Position numbers and translations under genes: made by a program
In this document: in pieces, positions 39,921-51,707 of the stretch
Layout: each line of letters starts with the position of its first letter
Position numbering within the stretch: the first letter of the stretch is position 1
The notes under the pieces: generated by a model
What the model was told of the DNA's origin: nothing
The model's database searches: none
Seen by the model: the letters and a program-made list of their open reading frames with translations, nothing else
DNA from: Conchiformibius steedae
GTDB lineage: Bacteria; Pseudomonadota; Gammaproteobacteria; Burkholderiales; Neisseriaceae
Length of the DNA stretch: 64,000 nt
Direction: 5' to 3'
Assembly: GCF_014054725.1 (NCBI RefSeq)
Contig: NZ_CP059563.1
Location: forward strand, 893,749-957,748

Positions 39921-39972
39921 ATGTTTTGCACCCCACCGCTGCGGTATTTGCCCGCAGCGGTAGATACGGGGA

Positions 39973-40635
39973 TTAGGGCTGTTGGGTAACAACCGATTGG
40001 ATACGAACGTCCACGCGGCGGTCGGGTTCGATACACGCGATAAGGGCAGAGCGTTTTTTCGCTTTGGAAACTTTTTTGCCCAAACGTGCCACTTCGGCTT
40101 GACAAGACGCAGTCATACGCGCTTGGCTTTCGCCCAAGCCCACGGCAGAAATCTTGCCGGCAGGTACGCCGCGGTTTACCAAGTAGTTGGCAACCACATT
40201 GGCACGACGCTCAGACAGCGCTTGGTTGTAGGCATCGCTACCCATAAAGTCGGTATGACCTTCCACGCGTGCTTTAACCACTTGTGCGTCAGACAATTGA
40301 GTAGCCAAGGCGTTCAAGGAATCCACAGCTTGCGGACGCAAGGTGTCTTTGTCGAAACCAAACAGGAAGTTGGACGAGAAAGTAACCACTTTTTCTACGG
40401 GTTCGGGTTGGGGCGGAGGTGGGGGAGGCGGCTCTTGTGCCGGAGGTGCAGCTGCATCGCCACACTCTGCCAAGCCTTCAGTGGCTTTGTTCAAATAGTT
40501 GTTTTCCCAGCATTCGCCATAGCTGTTGCGAACAACTTCGCCAGACTGTTCGCTGACGGTATAACCGTTGGCTGCGGCGCCGGCAGAGGCAAGCAGGGCA
40601 AGCATCATGGCGCTTAATTTGATTTGTTTGGTCAT
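39973..40635 (-). CDS. rmpM: OmpA-family peptidoglycan-associated outer-membrane protein RmpM (class 4 protein)
   Basis: signal peptide, proline-rich hinge [16 protein letters not shown], and OmpA C-domain (FDKDTLRP...[20 protein letters not shown]). Confidence 0.85.
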   Translation of the reverse strand: MTKQIKLSAMMLALLASAGAAANGYTVSEQSGEVVRNSYGECWENNYLNKATEGLAECGDAAAPPAQEPPPPPPPQPEPVEKVVTFSSNFLFGFDKDTLRPQAVDSLNALATQLSDAQVVKARVEGHTDFMGSDAYNQALSERRANVVANYLVNRGVPAGKISAVGLGESQARMTASCQAEVARLGKKVSKAKKRSALIACIEPDRRVDVRIQSVVTQQP

Positions 40636-41015
40636 GTTATTCCCTCATCAAAAATGATTGGCAGAAAAACACGATATAACTTTGATATGCGTGTTCTGCC
40701 GACTTACGAGATTCAGGTAGGCCGCAACTGCAGGCGGAAACCTAAATTTTCAGGGTTAACTATAAAGAAAACAGGCGGTTTCTGTCAATAGAAAAAGCCG
40801 CTGCCCCCTTGGGGGGAAACCTGTGTTTTAACGGCTTAAATGGTTGTATGGATAAGTGAATCGGGTGGTTTGAGACGGTTTTTTTTTTGTTGTGGTTGTG
40901 TAAAAACAACATCGTTGCCGCCTTTGCTTTTGGCGGCGGGCGTGATACATTGCCGCTTTTGCCGTGGGTTGGCGGGCGCGTACGGCACGGAAAGTTTGAT
41001 AATAAAGGAGTTTTG

Positions 41016-41960
41016 ATGAAGCTGCAACAATTGCGCTATGCGGTGGAAACTTTCCGCCGCAACCTGAATGTGTCGGAAGCGGCGGAAGCGCTGTTTACCT
41101 CACAACCGGGGGTGTCCAAACAAATCAAGCTGTTGGAAGAAGAAATCGGCGTGCAGATTTTTATCCGCAACGGCAAGCGCATGGTGGCGGTAACGCCTGC
41201 GGGCAGAGCAGTGCTGGAAACCGCCGAGCGGATTTTGCGTGATGTGCAGCGCATCAAAACCATAGGCAGCGAATTTGCGGGCGGCGGGACGTTTACCGTA
41301 GCGGCTTCTTACAGCCATGCGCGTTATGTGTTGCCCGCAGCGGCGGCAGCATTTGCGGCGGATTATCCCGATGTGCGCTTGAATATTTTAACGGGTACGC
41401 CCGATGAAGTATCGGCAATGGTGTTGCGTGGCGAAGCGGATGTGGCGGTGTGCAGCGAGTTACCGCAAATCCTGCCTGCGCCTTTGCGCCAGCTGATGTG
41501 CGGGGCGTGGGCTTACGCGCTGTTGTTGCCGAAAACCCATAGTTTGGCGCAAAAAGAACGGATTTTATTAAGCGATTTGGCGGATTGTACGCTGCTTACC
41601 TATAATTATGCGGTATTGCCGCACGCGGCGTTTGCGCGGGCGTTTGCGAGGGCGCGGCTGCCGTGGCGGGCAACTTTATTGTCGGGCGACAACGATTTGC
41701 TGAAAGCCTATGCCCGTGCAGGCTTGGGCGTGGCGTTATTGGACGCGGCGGCGTGTGCTGATGAAGCCGAATCCCCGCAATGGACGGTGCGCGATGTTAG
41801 CCACTGTTTTGAACCTGCCTATACCCGCATTTTGTTGCGCGCCGATGTGCCTTTAAGCCGTTATGCTTACGACTGGCTGGCGCGTGTGTCGCCCGATTTG
41901 TCGCCTGAGCGGGCAAATGCGCTGCTGTATGACACGCCTGTAGATGATTTTTCAATTTAA
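41016..41960 (+). CDS. LysR-family transcriptional regulator
   Basis: MKLQQLRYAVETFRRNLNVSEAAEALFTSQPGVSKQIKLLEEEIG HTH. Confidence 0.85.
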   Translation: MKLQQLRYAVETFRRNLNVSEAAEALFTSQPGVSKQIKLLEEEIGVQIFIRNGKRMVAVTPAGRAVLETAERILRDVQRIKTIGSEFAGGGTFTVAASYSHARYVLPAAAAAFAADYPDVRLNILTGTPDEVSAMVLRGEADVAVCSELPQILPAPLRQLMCGAWAYALLLPKTHSLAQKERILLSDLADCTLLTYNYAVLPHAAFARAFARARLPWRATLLSGDNDLLKAYARAGLGVALLDAAACADEAESPQWTVRDVSHCFEPAYTRILLRADVPLSRYAYDWLARVSPDLSPERANALLYDTPVDDFSI

Positions 41961-41981
41961 TTTAAAAATAATATATTTAGG

Positions 41982-43226
41982 ATGGCAACCATGTCTGCAA
42001 TTTCTTCGTCTGATGTTGGCAACAAACTCGGTTTCGCCGCATTTTTGTGGAAGCGTTTTAAAGAAGCGCGGGTGCTTCAAGCGGCGGGCAGTCTGACTTT
42101 TACCACCCTGCTGGCTTTGGTACCGCTGCTTACCGTAATGCTGGTGGTGATTACCGCATTCCCCGTGTTTGGCGACGTTTCATCGCTGTTTGAACGCTGG
42201 GTAAACGATTTACTCGTCCCCAGCGGCGCATCGGCGGTATCGGACTATTTGGCGCAGTTTAAAACCCAAGCAGGCGGATTAACCGCGATGGGCTTGGCTG
42301 CCATGACGGTAAGCGCCTTGCTGCTGATGCAAACCATAGAACGTGCTTTTGACGGCATTTGGCGCGCCCGCAGCAAACGCCCTTGGTGGGTGCGTTTTTC
42401 GCTGTATTGGGCGATTTTAACGCTGGCGCCCGTGGTGGCGGGCGCGGGGTTGTCGGCTTCCACGCGCATGGCGCAATGGTTTCCGTCTTGGTCGTCTGGC
42501 AATATCGTTTGGGCGGGGCTGGCGTTTGATGTGGTGCTGCTGTATGTGCTGTACCGCTTGGTTCCCAACCGCCAAGTCCCCAATTTGCACGCTTTGGCAG
42601 GCGCGGTGCTGACGGCGCTGCTATTGGAAACCGCCAAATGGGGTTTTGGGATTTATGTGCGTAATTTCAATAGTTACCATGTGGTGTACGGCGCGTTTGC
42701 CGCCATGCCGCTGTTTTTGGTGTGGATGCACGTTTTGTGGTCTATGGTGTTGGGGGGTGCGGTGCTGACGGCGTGTTTGTCTGATTGGAACGGCGGCGCG
42801 GTTGAGCTGTCCGACAACGGGCGCGAGCGTTTTGATACCGCCGTGCAGGTGCTGTTGCTGTTGAAAACCGCCCAGCACGAAGGTAAAAACATGACTTTAC
42901 AAGATTTTGGCAAGCGCATCCGCGTCAATAGCGAGCGTTTGGAAGAGGTGTTGAACAAGCTGGCGGAAGACGACTACATCGGCATGGAAGCCAAAGGCTG
43001 GCTGTTAAAAACCGCTGCCGACCAAATCCAACTGAAAGATTTGTTTGAACGTTTGGTGTATCAACCGGGCTTGGAAGGCGACAGCGTGCCGCGTGCTTTA
43101 CGCGCCCTGATTTTGCCGGGACTGGAGCGTTTGGACATCAGCTTGAGCGATTTTGAGCGGAGTTTGGTGGAAGTGCCGGTGGTGTCGGACACGCCTGAAG
43201 CGGACGAGCTGAAACTGCCTGACTAA
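41982..43226 (+). CDS. YihY/BrkB-family membrane protein with a C-terminal extension
   Basis: AGSLTFTTLLALVPLL and multiple TM helices typical of YihY. Confidence 0.75.
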   Translation: MATMSAISSSDVGNKLGFAAFLWKRFKEARVLQAAGSLTFTTLLALVPLLTVMLVVITAFPVFGDVSSLFERWVNDLLVPSGASAVSDYLAQFKTQAGGLTAMGLAAMTVSALLLMQTIERAFDGIWRARSKRPWWVRFSLYWAILTLAPVVAGAGLSASTRMAQWFPSWSSGNIVWAGLAFDVVLLYVLYRLVPNRQVPNLHALAGAVLTALLLETAKWGFGIYVRNFNSYHVVYGAFAAMPLFLVWMHVLWSMVLGGAVLTACLSDWNGGAVELSDNGRERFDTAVQVLLLLKTAQHEGKNMTLQDFGKRIRVNSERLEEVLNKLAEDDYIGMEAKGWLLKTAADQIQLKDLFERLVYQPGLEGDSVPRALRALILPGLERLDISLSDFERSLVEVPVVSDTPEADELKLPD

Positions 43227-43270
43227 CAAACAAGGCTGCGGATTGTTCCCGCAGCCTTGTTTTGATTGGG

Positions 43271-44020
43271 CTAATTTTTTGCACCGTCAAAACTGCACAA
43301 AATCAATTCAAACGGAAAATCTTTTTCAGCGTGTTTGCTGCGGGTGCTTTCCTGATTGGCTTCTAAAAAACCGATATTGGTAAAGTATTTATTGGCAGAA
43401 ACTTCGGGTACGACTTCATGTTCGTGTTCCACGCCGATGCGCAGCAGGTGGGTGGTTTGAATCAGTCCGCCGTGCTGGTACACGCCTTTTTTGGCTTCAC
43501 ATGCCAAAGTTTGCGTGTTTTGATACAGGTTTGCCAGCACCAGCTCTACCGCCTGCTGCACGGGCAGGGTGGCTGCCGACCATTTTTGCAGATAGGCGCG
43601 GTGCTGTTCGGGGCTTTGGTGCAGCCAATAGTGATAGCTGGGCAGTTCCACGGCGGTGGTGCTGCCTGCGATATTGAGTTTTTGCTTGAGTGCGGTCAGC
43701 CATTCGTTTTCGCGCAAAGCGGCGCGGCTGGTGGTGTTTTGCAACCCTGCAATGGCTTGGTTAAGCTGTTCCAAATAGGCTTTGTCGGGTTCGGCAGCAG
43801 CGTTTTGCAACATGCGCTGGCGTTCCAATTCGTGCAGCAAATCGCGTTTGAGGTCGGCGCGGGAAGCGCATTCGCTTAATTCAAACAGGGTGCATACGGC
43901 GATATGGTGCTGCCATTTGTCGTCTGATTCGAGGGTTTCATTAAAACGCTGGGCGAGCTGTCCCAGTCGGATAAAATTGCGGACGCGTTCGGAAAGCGGA
44001 TAATCAAAGTAGAGTTTCAT
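43271..44020 (-). CDS. zapD: cell-division protein ZapD
   Basis: MKLYFDYPLSERVRNFIRLGQL is the ZapD/YacF family N-terminus; located next to coaE as in Neisseria. Confidence 0.8.
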   Translation of the reverse strand: MKLYFDYPLSERVRNFIRLGQLAQRFNETLESDDKWQHHIAVCTLFELSECASRADLKRDLLHELERQRMLQNAAAEPDKAYLEQLNQAIAGLQNTTSRAALRENEWLTALKQKLNIAGSTTAVELPSYHYWLHQSPEQHRAYLQKWSAATLPVQQAVELVLANLYQNTQTLACEAKKGVYQHGGLIQTTHLLRIGVEHEHEVVPEVSANKYFTNIGFLEANQESTRSKHAEKDFPFELILCSFDGAKN

Positions 44021-44044
44021 CGGTGTCCTTTTCGGGCAACGGGG

Positions 44045-44650
44045 TTATGGGGCGTAACGCTGTAAATAGTTTTGGTGTTGGCGGGCAACGGCAGCGGCTA
44101 GGTCTTGTGGGCTGCCGTGGTTGGGAATGATGTCGTCTGCCAAGGCAAAACGGCTGGCATCATCGGCTTGGGCGGTGATAATGGCGCGGACTTCGGCTTC
44201 ACTCAAACCATTGCGCTGCATCACGCGGGTAAGGCGCACATGTTCATCGCTGTGTATCAGCAGTACGCGTTGCACCAAGGGGCGGAAATGCGGGTGTTCG
44301 GTAAGGGTGGGCAGCTCCACCAGCCCGTAAACGGCGTGGCTGCGGGCTTGTTCGGTGCGGATTTGGGCGATAATCAGCGGATGCAGAATATGTTCCAGCT
44401 GCAGTTTGGCGGCGGGGTCGGTAAAAATCAACTGTCGCATTTTATCGCGCCGCAACAAGCCGTTTTCGTCCAACATCTGCCCGCCAAAGCTGCGGGCAAT
44501 AGCAGTTAGCGCGGGGCTGTCTGTGGTGCTGATTAAACGGCGGTTTACCGCATCGGCATCAATCACGGGAACACCAAAGCTTTTAAAATAAATGGCGGCT
44601 TGGCTTTTTCCGCTGCCAATGCCGCCGGTCAGTGCAATCCATGCCGTCAT
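44045..44650 (-). CDS. coaE: dephospho-CoA kinase
   Basis: ALTGGIGSGKS P-loop. Confidence 0.9.
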   Translation of the reverse strand: MTAWIALTGGIGSGKSQAAIYFKSFGVPVIDADAVNRRLISTTDSPALTAIARSFGGQMLDENGLLRRDKMRQLIFTDPAAKLQLEHILHPLIIAQIRTEQARSHAVYGLVELPTLTEHPHFRPLVQRVLLIHSDEHVRLTRVMQRNGLSEAEVRAIITAQADDASRFALADDIIPNHGSPQDLAAAVARQHQNYLQRYAP

Positions 44651-44653
44651 GAT

Positions 44654-45565
44654 TTAAAAGCCCGATTTGTGCAGCCACCAAGCAATTGCCGTGCCTGTGT
44701 GCGCGTGAAACAGGAACACCAGCCAGCCCGCCACCGCCAAACACGGACCAAACGCCATCGGTTGTCCGCGTGATACCCGTTTGAGCAATGCTGCTGCAAT
44801 CCCCACCAGCGAAGCCGCCAACACCACCACAGGCAACATCCCTGCGCCCACCCATGCGCCGATGGCTGCCAGCATTTTAAAATCGCCGTAGCCCATGCCT
44901 TCTTTGCCTGTCAGCAGCTTAAACAGATGATACAGCAGCCACAAACTCATGTAGCCTGCTACTGCGCCCCACACCGCTTGCGACAGCGGCACAAAGCCCG
45001 TGTGCAGGTTAAACAGCAAGCCCAGCCACAGCAGCGGCAAAGTCAGCATATCGGGCAACAATTGCGTATCGGCATCAATAAAAGTTAATGCCAACACAAA
45101 CGCCGTCAGCACACAACCCCACAACGCCACCGCGCTGCCGCCGTAACGCCACGCCACCAGCGCGAACAATACCGCCGTCAGCATTTCCACCAGCGGATAA
45201 CGCACCGAAATGGGCGCACGACAGCCAGCACATTTTCCGCGCAACAATAACCAACTGATAACAGGAATGTTCTGCCATGCTTTTACAGGCGCACCGCAAT
45301 TGCCGCAGCGCGAACGCGGCGTAATCAGATTAAACGCAGGTTCGGGCGTGTCCGGCACACCCAACAGCTTTTGCGCTTCAGCAGTTTTGTCGGCGGGCAA
45401 CCACGCAATCACCTGTTTGACTGCCGCTTCCAACATCTGCTTGGCAGCCAAAGCGTATTCGCGTTCCATCATCACGGGAATGCGGTAAATCACCACATTC
45501 AAAAAACTGCCCACCAGCAGCCCGAACAGGGCTGCGGCGGCAGTGACGAAAACGGTTTCTTCCAT
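44654..45565 (-). CDS. pilD: prepilin peptidase / N-methyltransferase
   Basis: GSFLNVVIYR and the CGNCGAP...CAGC zinc tetrad, followed by the A24 peptidase membrane domain. Confidence 0.9.
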   Translation of the reverse strand: MEETVFVTAAAALFGLLVGSFLNVVIYRIPVMMEREYALAAKQMLEAAVKQVIAWLPADKTAEAQKLLGVPDTPEPAFNLITPRSRCGNCGAPVKAWQNIPVISWLLLRGKCAGCRAPISVRYPLVEMLTAVLFALVAWRYGGSAVALWGCVLTAFVLALTFIDADTQLLPDMLTLPLLWLGLLFNLHTGFVPLSQAVWGAVAGYMSLWLLYHLFKLLTGKEGMGYGDFKMLAAIGAWVGAGMLPVVVLAASLVGIAAALLKRVSRGQPMAFGPCLAVAGWLVFLFHAHTGTAIAWWLHKSGF

Positions 45566-45569
45566 TGGC

Positions 45570-46847
45570 TTAACCGAATACGTTACCGATATTAAACAGC
45601 GGCAGATACATTGCCACCAAAATCACACCGATAATACTACCCAATACCACCATAATAATCGGTTCCATCAAAGACGACAGCATCGCCACAGCATTATCCA
45701 CTTCGTCTTCATAAAATTCCGCCACTTTGTTCAGCATATCGTCCAAAGCACCCGATTCTTCACCAATAGATGCCATTTGTACCACCATATTGGGGAAAAT
45801 CTGCGCTGCTTGCATAGATGAAGTCAGTGAAATACCCTGATTCACCTTGCTGCGGATTTCGTGTGTGGCTTCTTCATACAAAATATTGCCCGATGCACCC
45901 GCCACCGAATCCAAGGCTTCCACCAATGGCACACCCGCTGCAAACAGCGTGGCAGTGGTACGCGCCCAACGGGCAATGGTGGCTTTTTGCACAATCTGAC
46001 CGAAAATCGGCATTTTCAGCAGCCATGCATCTACTTTTTTCTGGAAAGCGGGCGAGCGTTGGTGAATTTGCACCAGCGCGACAACAAAGCCCACCAAGCC
46101 CAAAATAATCAACCAGCCGTAAGCCACGAATATATCGGAAATATTCATCATAAAGGCAGTCAGCGCGGGCAGTTCTGCGCCCAAGCCGTCATATACCTTT
46201 TTAAATTCGGGCAACACGAACATCATCATCACAATCACCAGCACAATCGCCACCACGATAACCGAAATCGGGTAAGTCAATGCGCTTTTTACTTTTTTCT
46301 TGATGGCTTCGGTTTTTTCTTTATAAGTGGCGAGTTTGTCGAGCAGGGCTTCCAATACACCGCCCGCTTCACCTGCCGCCACCAAGTTGCAATAGAATTT
46401 GTCAAAGTATTTGGGGTGTTTGGCAAACGCGCTTGCCAAAGACGTACCTTGTTCCACGTCGGCACGCACACTTAACAACATGCGCGTCATGGTGGCGTTG
46501 GAATGCCCTTTTGCCACAATATCAAATGCCTGCATCAGCGGCAAACCAGCTTTCATCATGGTGGAAAGCTGGCGGGTAAACACGGTTAAATCTGCCTGCG
46601 TGATTTTTTTGTCCCGCGTTTTTTTCATTTTGGTGATTTGCAGCACCTTTACCTGACGGCGCTGCAGCTTTTGGCGGGCTTCTTCTTCGTTGCGGGCAAC
46701 CACTTCACCGCGCACAATGGATTCGGTTTGCAGGTTGCGCCCTTCAAACTGGTAGCGGTTGCCTTTTTCTTTCTTTTTGGGCGAAAAGGCTGCGGCTTTT
46801 TTCGCTGGGACGGTTTTGACGGGTTTTTTGGCGGCCATAGACGACAC
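45570..46847 (-). CDS. pilG: type IV pilus inner-membrane platform protein (PilC/GspF family; PilG in Neisseria)
   Basis: two GspF repeats; 425 aa. Confidence 0.9.
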   Translation of the reverse strand: MSSMAAKKPVKTVPAKKAAAFSPKKKEKGNRYQFEGRNLQTESIVRGEVVARNEEEARQKLQRRQVKVLQITKMKKTRDKKITQADLTVFTRQLSTMMKAGLPLMQAFDIVAKGHSNATMTRMLLSVRADVEQGTSLASAFAKHPKYFDKFYCNLVAAGEAGGVLEALLDKLATYKEKTEAIKKKVKSALTYPISVIVVAIVLVIVMMMFVLPEFKKVYDGLGAELPALTAFMMNISDIFVAYGWLIILGLVGFVVALVQIHQRSPAFQKKVDAWLLKMPIFGQIVQKATIARWARTTATLFAAGVPLVEALDSVAGASGNILYEEATHEIRSKVNQGISLTSSMQAAQIFPNMVVQMASIGEESGALDDMLNKVAEFYEDEVDNAVAMLSSLMEPIIMVVLGSIIGVILVAMYLPLFNIGNVFG

Positions 46848-46926
46848 CTATTAAAAGTTAAAATCGGTTGATGGGGTAGGGCGTTTGCCGTTTCGTTGCG
46901 CTTTCTATTTGAAACGGCGGCAAACC

Positions 46927-48606
46927 CTATTCGTTGGTGGTGGCAATCACTTCTTCAAGCGAGGTAATGCCTTGCATCACTTTCAGCAAACCGGAACGGC
47001 GCAAATCCACCAAGCCTTCTTCGTAGGCAATATTGGCAATATCGACTTCGGTACCGTTGTTCATAATCACGGCTTTCATTTTTTCGGTCATCGGCATCAC
47101 TTCATACAAACCCGCCCGTCCTTTATAGCCTTTGCCTTTGCACACTTCGCAGCCTACAGGACGATACATCACCCAATCGCCTGCCAAATCTTCATCGGTA
47201 AAGCCTGCGCGTTTGAGGGCGGGTTCGGGCGGACGTTCCATGGGTTCTTTGCAGGAAGAACAGAGACGACGTGCCAAACGCTGCGCCATAATTAGATTGA
47301 CGGAACTGGCGATGTTAAACGGGGCAACACCCATGTTCAGCATACGCGACAGGGTGGCGGGGGCGTTGTTGGTGTGCAGGGTGGAAAATACCATGTGACC
47401 CGTTTGGGCGGCTTTAATGGCGATGTCGGCAGTACCCAAGTCACGAATCTCACCAATCATGATGATGTCAGGGTCTTGACGCAGGAAGGCTTTGAGTGCC
47501 GCTTCAAAGGTTAAGCCCTGTTTGTCGTTGACGTTTACCTGATTGATACCAGGTAAGTTAATCTCGGCGGGGTCTTCGGCGGTGGAAATGTTCACATCGT
47601 CGGTATTCAGAATGTTCAGGCAGGTATAAAGTGATACGGTTTTACCCGAACCCGTAGGACCTGTTACCAACACCATGCCGTAAGGACGGTGAATGGCTTC
47701 CATAATCAATTCTTTTTGGAAGTCTTCAAAACCCAGTTGGTCGATGTTCAGCGTGGCGGCATCGGAGTTCAAAATACGCATCACCACTTTTTCGCCAAAC
47801 AGGCAGGGCATGGTGTTCACACGGAAGTCAATGGCTTTCGTGCCTTTACCAAATTGCAGCTGGATACGTCCGTCCTGCGGTACGCGTCGTTCGGAAATAT
47901 CCAGTTTTGCCATTACTTTAATACGCGATGCCAACTGGCTACGCAGGTTGAGCGGCGGTTGCACCACTTCGCGCAACTGACCGTCCACACGGAAACGCAC
48001 CCGTGCCATTTGTTCGTAAAATTCAAAATGGATATCCGATGCGCCTGCATTGAGCGCGTCTGACAAGACTTTTTGGATAAAGCGGGCGATGGGACCGTCT
48101 TCTTCTTCCTCGCCGTCCACAATCATGGTTTGCGCCTGGGCTTCCTGCAAGGCGCTGTCTGCGCCCATTTCGCGCAACAGGCTGGTGCTGCTTTGTCCGA
48201 ACCATTCCAGAAAATTGCTTAAGTGGTCATCGCGCACCAGCACCAAATCAACAGACAAACCGCTGGAAAACACCAGTTTTTGCAGTGCTTGGATATTGGT
48301 GGGGTCGGATACGCCCATAAACAGTTTTTTGCCGCGTTTGAACAAAGGTACGCAGCGGTGTTCCGCCATTTGGTTTTCGTCCAGCAAATCGGTCATCAGC
48401 CCGCGCCGCGAAAACGCATTAAGGTTAAACTGCGGGTAGTTGAACATGCGCGACAGCAAAGACGACAAATCTTGGGGGGTAATGATTTTGTCGTTAAAAA
48501 TGGTTTGCAGAAAGCTGTTGTTTTCGGCTGCTTGTTGGTATTTGCTGACTTTTTCTTGCGGTATCAGCTTCTGTTGCAGCAGAACACGAAATAAACCGAT
48601 GCTCAT
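46927..48606 (-). CDS. pilF: type IV pilus assembly ATPase (PilB/GspE family; PilF in Neisseria)
   Basis: Walker A GPTGSGKT, and a CxxC...CxxC tetracysteine motif. Confidence 0.9.
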   Translation of the reverse strand: MSIGLFRVLLQQKLIPQEKVSKYQQAAENNSFLQTIFNDKIITPQDLSSLLSRMFNYPQFNLNAFSRRGLMTDLLDENQMAEHRCVPLFKRGKKLFMGVSDPTNIQALQKLVFSSGLSVDLVLVRDDHLSNFLEWFGQSSTSLLREMGADSALQEAQAQTMIVDGEEEEDGPIARFIQKVLSDALNAGASDIHFEFYEQMARVRFRVDGQLREVVQPPLNLRSQLASRIKVMAKLDISERRVPQDGRIQLQFGKGTKAIDFRVNTMPCLFGEKVVMRILNSDAATLNIDQLGFEDFQKELIMEAIHRPYGMVLVTGPTGSGKTVSLYTCLNILNTDDVNISTAEDPAEINLPGINQVNVNDKQGLTFEAALKAFLRQDPDIIMIGEIRDLGTADIAIKAAQTGHMVFSTLHTNNAPATLSRMLNMGVAPFNIASSVNLIMAQRLARRLCSSCKEPMERPPEPALKRAGFTDEDLAGDWVMYRPVGCEVCKGKGYKGRAGLYEVMPMTEKMKAVIMNNGTEVDIANIAYEEGLVDLRRSGLLKVMQGITSLEEVIATTNE

Positions 48607-48733
48607 AAGACGTGCCTTGTGGTAAGGGGTTTTGTAACAAAATTAAGTGCAATTATACAAGATTATCAGGTGTTTTGGGATTTCTGCGCGTGTGTGGCGG
48701 GGCGGCTGCGTTTCAATCGCACAACAAACGGCT

Positions 48734-49426
48734 TTATTCGGGCAGTTTGGCGCTGTTCATGCGCTTGAGGATAATTTCGGTTTTGCGGCGCAGGCGTGGG
48801 TCGTTGGGTTGGTCGGCGTAGCGCAGCGGCGCGGATACGCGGGCAGCAAGCGCGGCGGCTTGGCGCGGGTTCAGCTGTTTGGCAGACACGCCGTAAAAAT
48901 GTTGGGCAGCAGCTTCTGCGCCGTAAATGCCGTAACCCCATTCAATCACGTTTAAATACAAGGTGTAAATGCGTGTTTTGTCGGTGGTGGCTTCCAATAT
49001 GGCGGTAAGCGCGGCTTCTTCGGCTTTGCGCCAATAGCTGCGTTCTTCATTTAAAAACAGGTTTTTAACCAATTGCTGACTAATAGTAGAACCACCTGCG
49101 CGGATTTCCCCTTGGGCGCGGTTGCGGCGGGCGGCTTGACGGATGCCGTCCCAATCAAAACCGCCGTGAACGGCAAAACGCGCATCTTCCGAGGCAATCA
49201 AGGCTTTTTTTAAATGGGGCGAAATATCCTGATAATCCACCCAACGGTAATCGCGTTTGACTTCGGGTTTGCGTTCTGCCAACTGCGCCATGCGTGTGTT
49301 CATAAAGGCAGTGGACGAGGGTGCAAGTGTGCGCAGTCCGATGATGCTGCCATAAGCATACATATTAAATGCCAATAATAAAAACAAGGGGGTAAGCAAC
49401 AAATAGGCAAAGTATTTCATTGGCAT
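48734..49426 (-). CDS. mtgA: monofunctional biosynthetic peptidoglycan transglycosylase
   Basis: GT51 motifs EDARFAVHGGFD and GGSTISQQLVKN. Confidence 0.9.
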   Translation of the reverse strand: MPMKYFAYLLLTPLFLLLAFNMYAYGSIIGLRTLAPSSTAFMNTRMAQLAERKPEVKRDYRWVDYQDISPHLKKALIASEDARFAVHGGFDWDGIRQAARRNRAQGEIRAGGSTISQQLVKNLFLNEERSYWRKAEEAALTAILEATTDKTRIYTLYLNVIEWGYGIYGAEAAAQHFYGVSAKQLNPRQAAALAARVSAPLRYADQPNDPRLRRKTEIILKRMNSAKLPE

Positions 49427-49482
49427 TCCTTTTTTGGTTCAAACCCCGCCGCAGAAGGGGACTGCTGTAGGTTGGGGGTGTA

Positions 49483-50358
49483 TTAGCCGCAGTCGGGGGT
49501 GTGGAAATATTCGGCTTCGTCGCAGGGCGTGCTGACAGGCAGCGGCAGACGGCGGTGGCGCAGTGCGTCAATCACTTCGGCGGTGGCAGGCGAAAAACCG
49601 CGCCACAAACGGTAGGATTCGGCTGCCTGACACACCAGCATGCCCAAACCGTCGGCGGTGGCGGCTGCGCCGTTTTGCGCGGCAAAATCCATAAAGATGG
49701 TGCTTTCTTCGCCATAAGCCATATCATAGGCAAGGCGGCAGTCGGCAAATACGGCAGACGGTACGGCAGGCATATTGCCGTGCAAACTGCCCGACGTGGC
49801 GTTAATCACAATATCAAAACCGCCGTTCAGCACGTCAAACGGCAAAGCTTCAATATCAAAACGCTGTGCCAGTGCCAAGGCTTTATCGTGGCTGCGGTTG
49901 GCAAGGGTAAGCCGTGCGCCTGCTGCCAATAAGGGCGAAATCACCCCACGCGCCGCACCACCTGCGCCCAACAGTAATACTTTCGCACCGTTTAAATCCG
50001 TATCGCAATGGTTTTGCAAATCGCACACCAACCCCGCGCCATCGGTATTGTCGGCACGCAGTTTGCCGTTTGGCAGGGCAATCAGCGTGTTGGCTGCGCC
50101 TGCCGTTTGCGCCCTGTCGCTGTGTTCGTCTGCCAAATCAAAAGCATATTCTTTAAACGGTACGGTAACATTCGCACCGTTTGCGCCCGCGCCGAAAAAG
50201 GTTTCTATTGCACAGGCAAAGCTGTTGCGGTCAATATCGGCAGTGATGCGGCGGTATTCAATATAAGTGCCTTCTTGCTTGGCAAACAGGCGGTGGATTT
50301 GCGGCGAACGGCTGTGGGCAATCGGGTTGCCGAAAACGGCATAACGGGGTGTGGTCAT
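49483..50358 (-). CDS. aroE: shikimate dehydrogenase
   Basis: [17 protein letters not shown] and GAGGAARG motifs. Confidence 0.9.
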   Translation of the reverse strand: MTTPRYAVFGNPIAHSRSPQIHRLFAKQEGTYIEYRRITADIDRNSFACAIETFFGAGANGANVTVPFKEYAFDLADEHSDRAQTAGAANTLIALPNGKLRADNTDGAGLVCDLQNHCDTDLNGAKVLLLGAGGAARGVISPLLAAGARLTLANRSHDKALALAQRFDIEALPFDVLNGGFDIVINATSGSLHGNMPAVPSAVFADCRLAYDMAYGEESTIFMDFAAQNGAAATADGLGMLVCQAAESYRLWRGFSPATAEVIDALRHRRLPLPVSTPCDEAEYFHTPDCG

Positions 50359-50645
50359 ATTCAAACGTAAAAAACAAATCGTACAACAAGGGGCAGCAGG
50401 CGCAGCCCGACAAAACAGGTAAAAAAACAAACAAGCCTCTGTGCTTGCCGTTTTAAGTCAGTATACAAGCAATTACTGTACAAGTTGGCGTGGTTTTCTG
50501 CTATAGTGGGGAAAAAGCCGCGCACATTTGCCTGCGCTTAACCGATTTTAAAATTTAGATAATTGATTCTAATTGATTTTACCTAAAGAAAACACTTTGT
50601 GTGAATTTATTAAAATTCCTTTTTGTTTGAGTTTGAAAGCCCGCC

Positions 50646-51707
50646 ATGCCGCTTGATTTTATCCGCCCCGACATCCGCGCCATGCACGCCTACCACGTTG
50701 CCCGCCTGCCTGCCGATTGGCTGAAATTGGACGCAATGGAAGTGCCTTACACCTTCCCCACAGCCTTGCAAAACGAACTGGCAACCGCACTCGCGCATAC
50801 CGAAATCAACCGCTATCCCAATCCCGCCGATTCTACTTTACCCGCCGCTCTGCGCCGCGCCTTTGCCATTCCCGAACAGGCACACATCGCCCTAGGCAAC
50901 GGCTCGGACGAATTGATTCAGTTTATCAGCTTATTATTTGCCCGCGCAGGCGCGAAAATGCTGGTGTTGGAACCCAGTTTTGTGATGTACCGCCGCAATG
51001 CCGAATTATTTGGTATGGAGTGTATCGGCGTCCCCTTAAAAAGCGATTTTTCTTTGGATTTGCCTGCCGTGCTGGAAGCGGTGAAAATCCACCAACCCGC
51101 ACTGATTTTTCTCGCCTATCCCAACAACCCCACAGGCGTGGCGTTTGCCCGTGCCGAAATAGAGGCCGTGATTGCCGCTGCGCAAGGCTTGGTGGTGATA
51201 GATGAAGCCTATGGCGCATTTAGCGGCGACAGCTTTTTAGCGCAAGCAGGCACACCCGAAAACCTATTGGTTTTGCGCACCTTAAGCAAAATCGGTTTTG
51301 CAGGATTGCGTTTGGGTTATGCTGCAGGTGCGCCCGCCGTTATGCAGGAACTGGCGAAAATCCTACCGCCTTATAATATGAACTGTTTAAGCCTGACCGC
51401 CGCCGAATTTGCCCTGAATCATATGGATGTGGTAAACCAACATATTGATTTATTGAAACAAGAACGCGAACGCCTGTTTGCTGCCTTGCAAGAGATAAAC
51501 GGCGTAACCGTATTTCCCAGCCAATCCAACTTTATTACCGTGCGCCTTCCCGATGCCGAAGCTGCGTATCAAAAATTATGGGATAACAAGATTTTGGTGA
51601 AAAAACTGCACGGCAGTCATTCTTTATTGGATAACTGCCTGCGTTTAACCATTGGTACGCCCGAACAGAACGATGCTGTGTTGTTGGTGCTGACTCATTT
51701 GGCATGA
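50646..51707 (+). CDS. hisC: histidinol-phosphate aminotransferase
   Basis: class II aminotransferase; the PLP lysine lies in LRTLSKIGFAGLRLGY. Confidence 0.9.
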   Translation: MPLDFIRPDIRAMHAYHVARLPADWLKLDAMEVPYTFPTALQNELATALAHTEINRYPNPADSTLPAALRRAFAIPEQAHIALGNGSDELIQFISLLFARAGAKMLVLEPSFVMYRRNAELFGMECIGVPLKSDFSLDLPAVLEAVKIHQPALIFLAYPNNPTGVAFARAEIEAVIAAAQGLVVIDEAYGAFSGDSFLAQAGTPENLLVLRTLSKIGFAGLRLGYAAGAPAVMQELAKILPPYNMNCLSLTAAEFALNHMDVVNQHIDLLKQERERLFAALQEINGVTVFPSQSNFITVRLPDAEAAYQKLWDNKILVKKLHGSHSLLDNCLRLTIGTPEQNDAVLLVLTHLA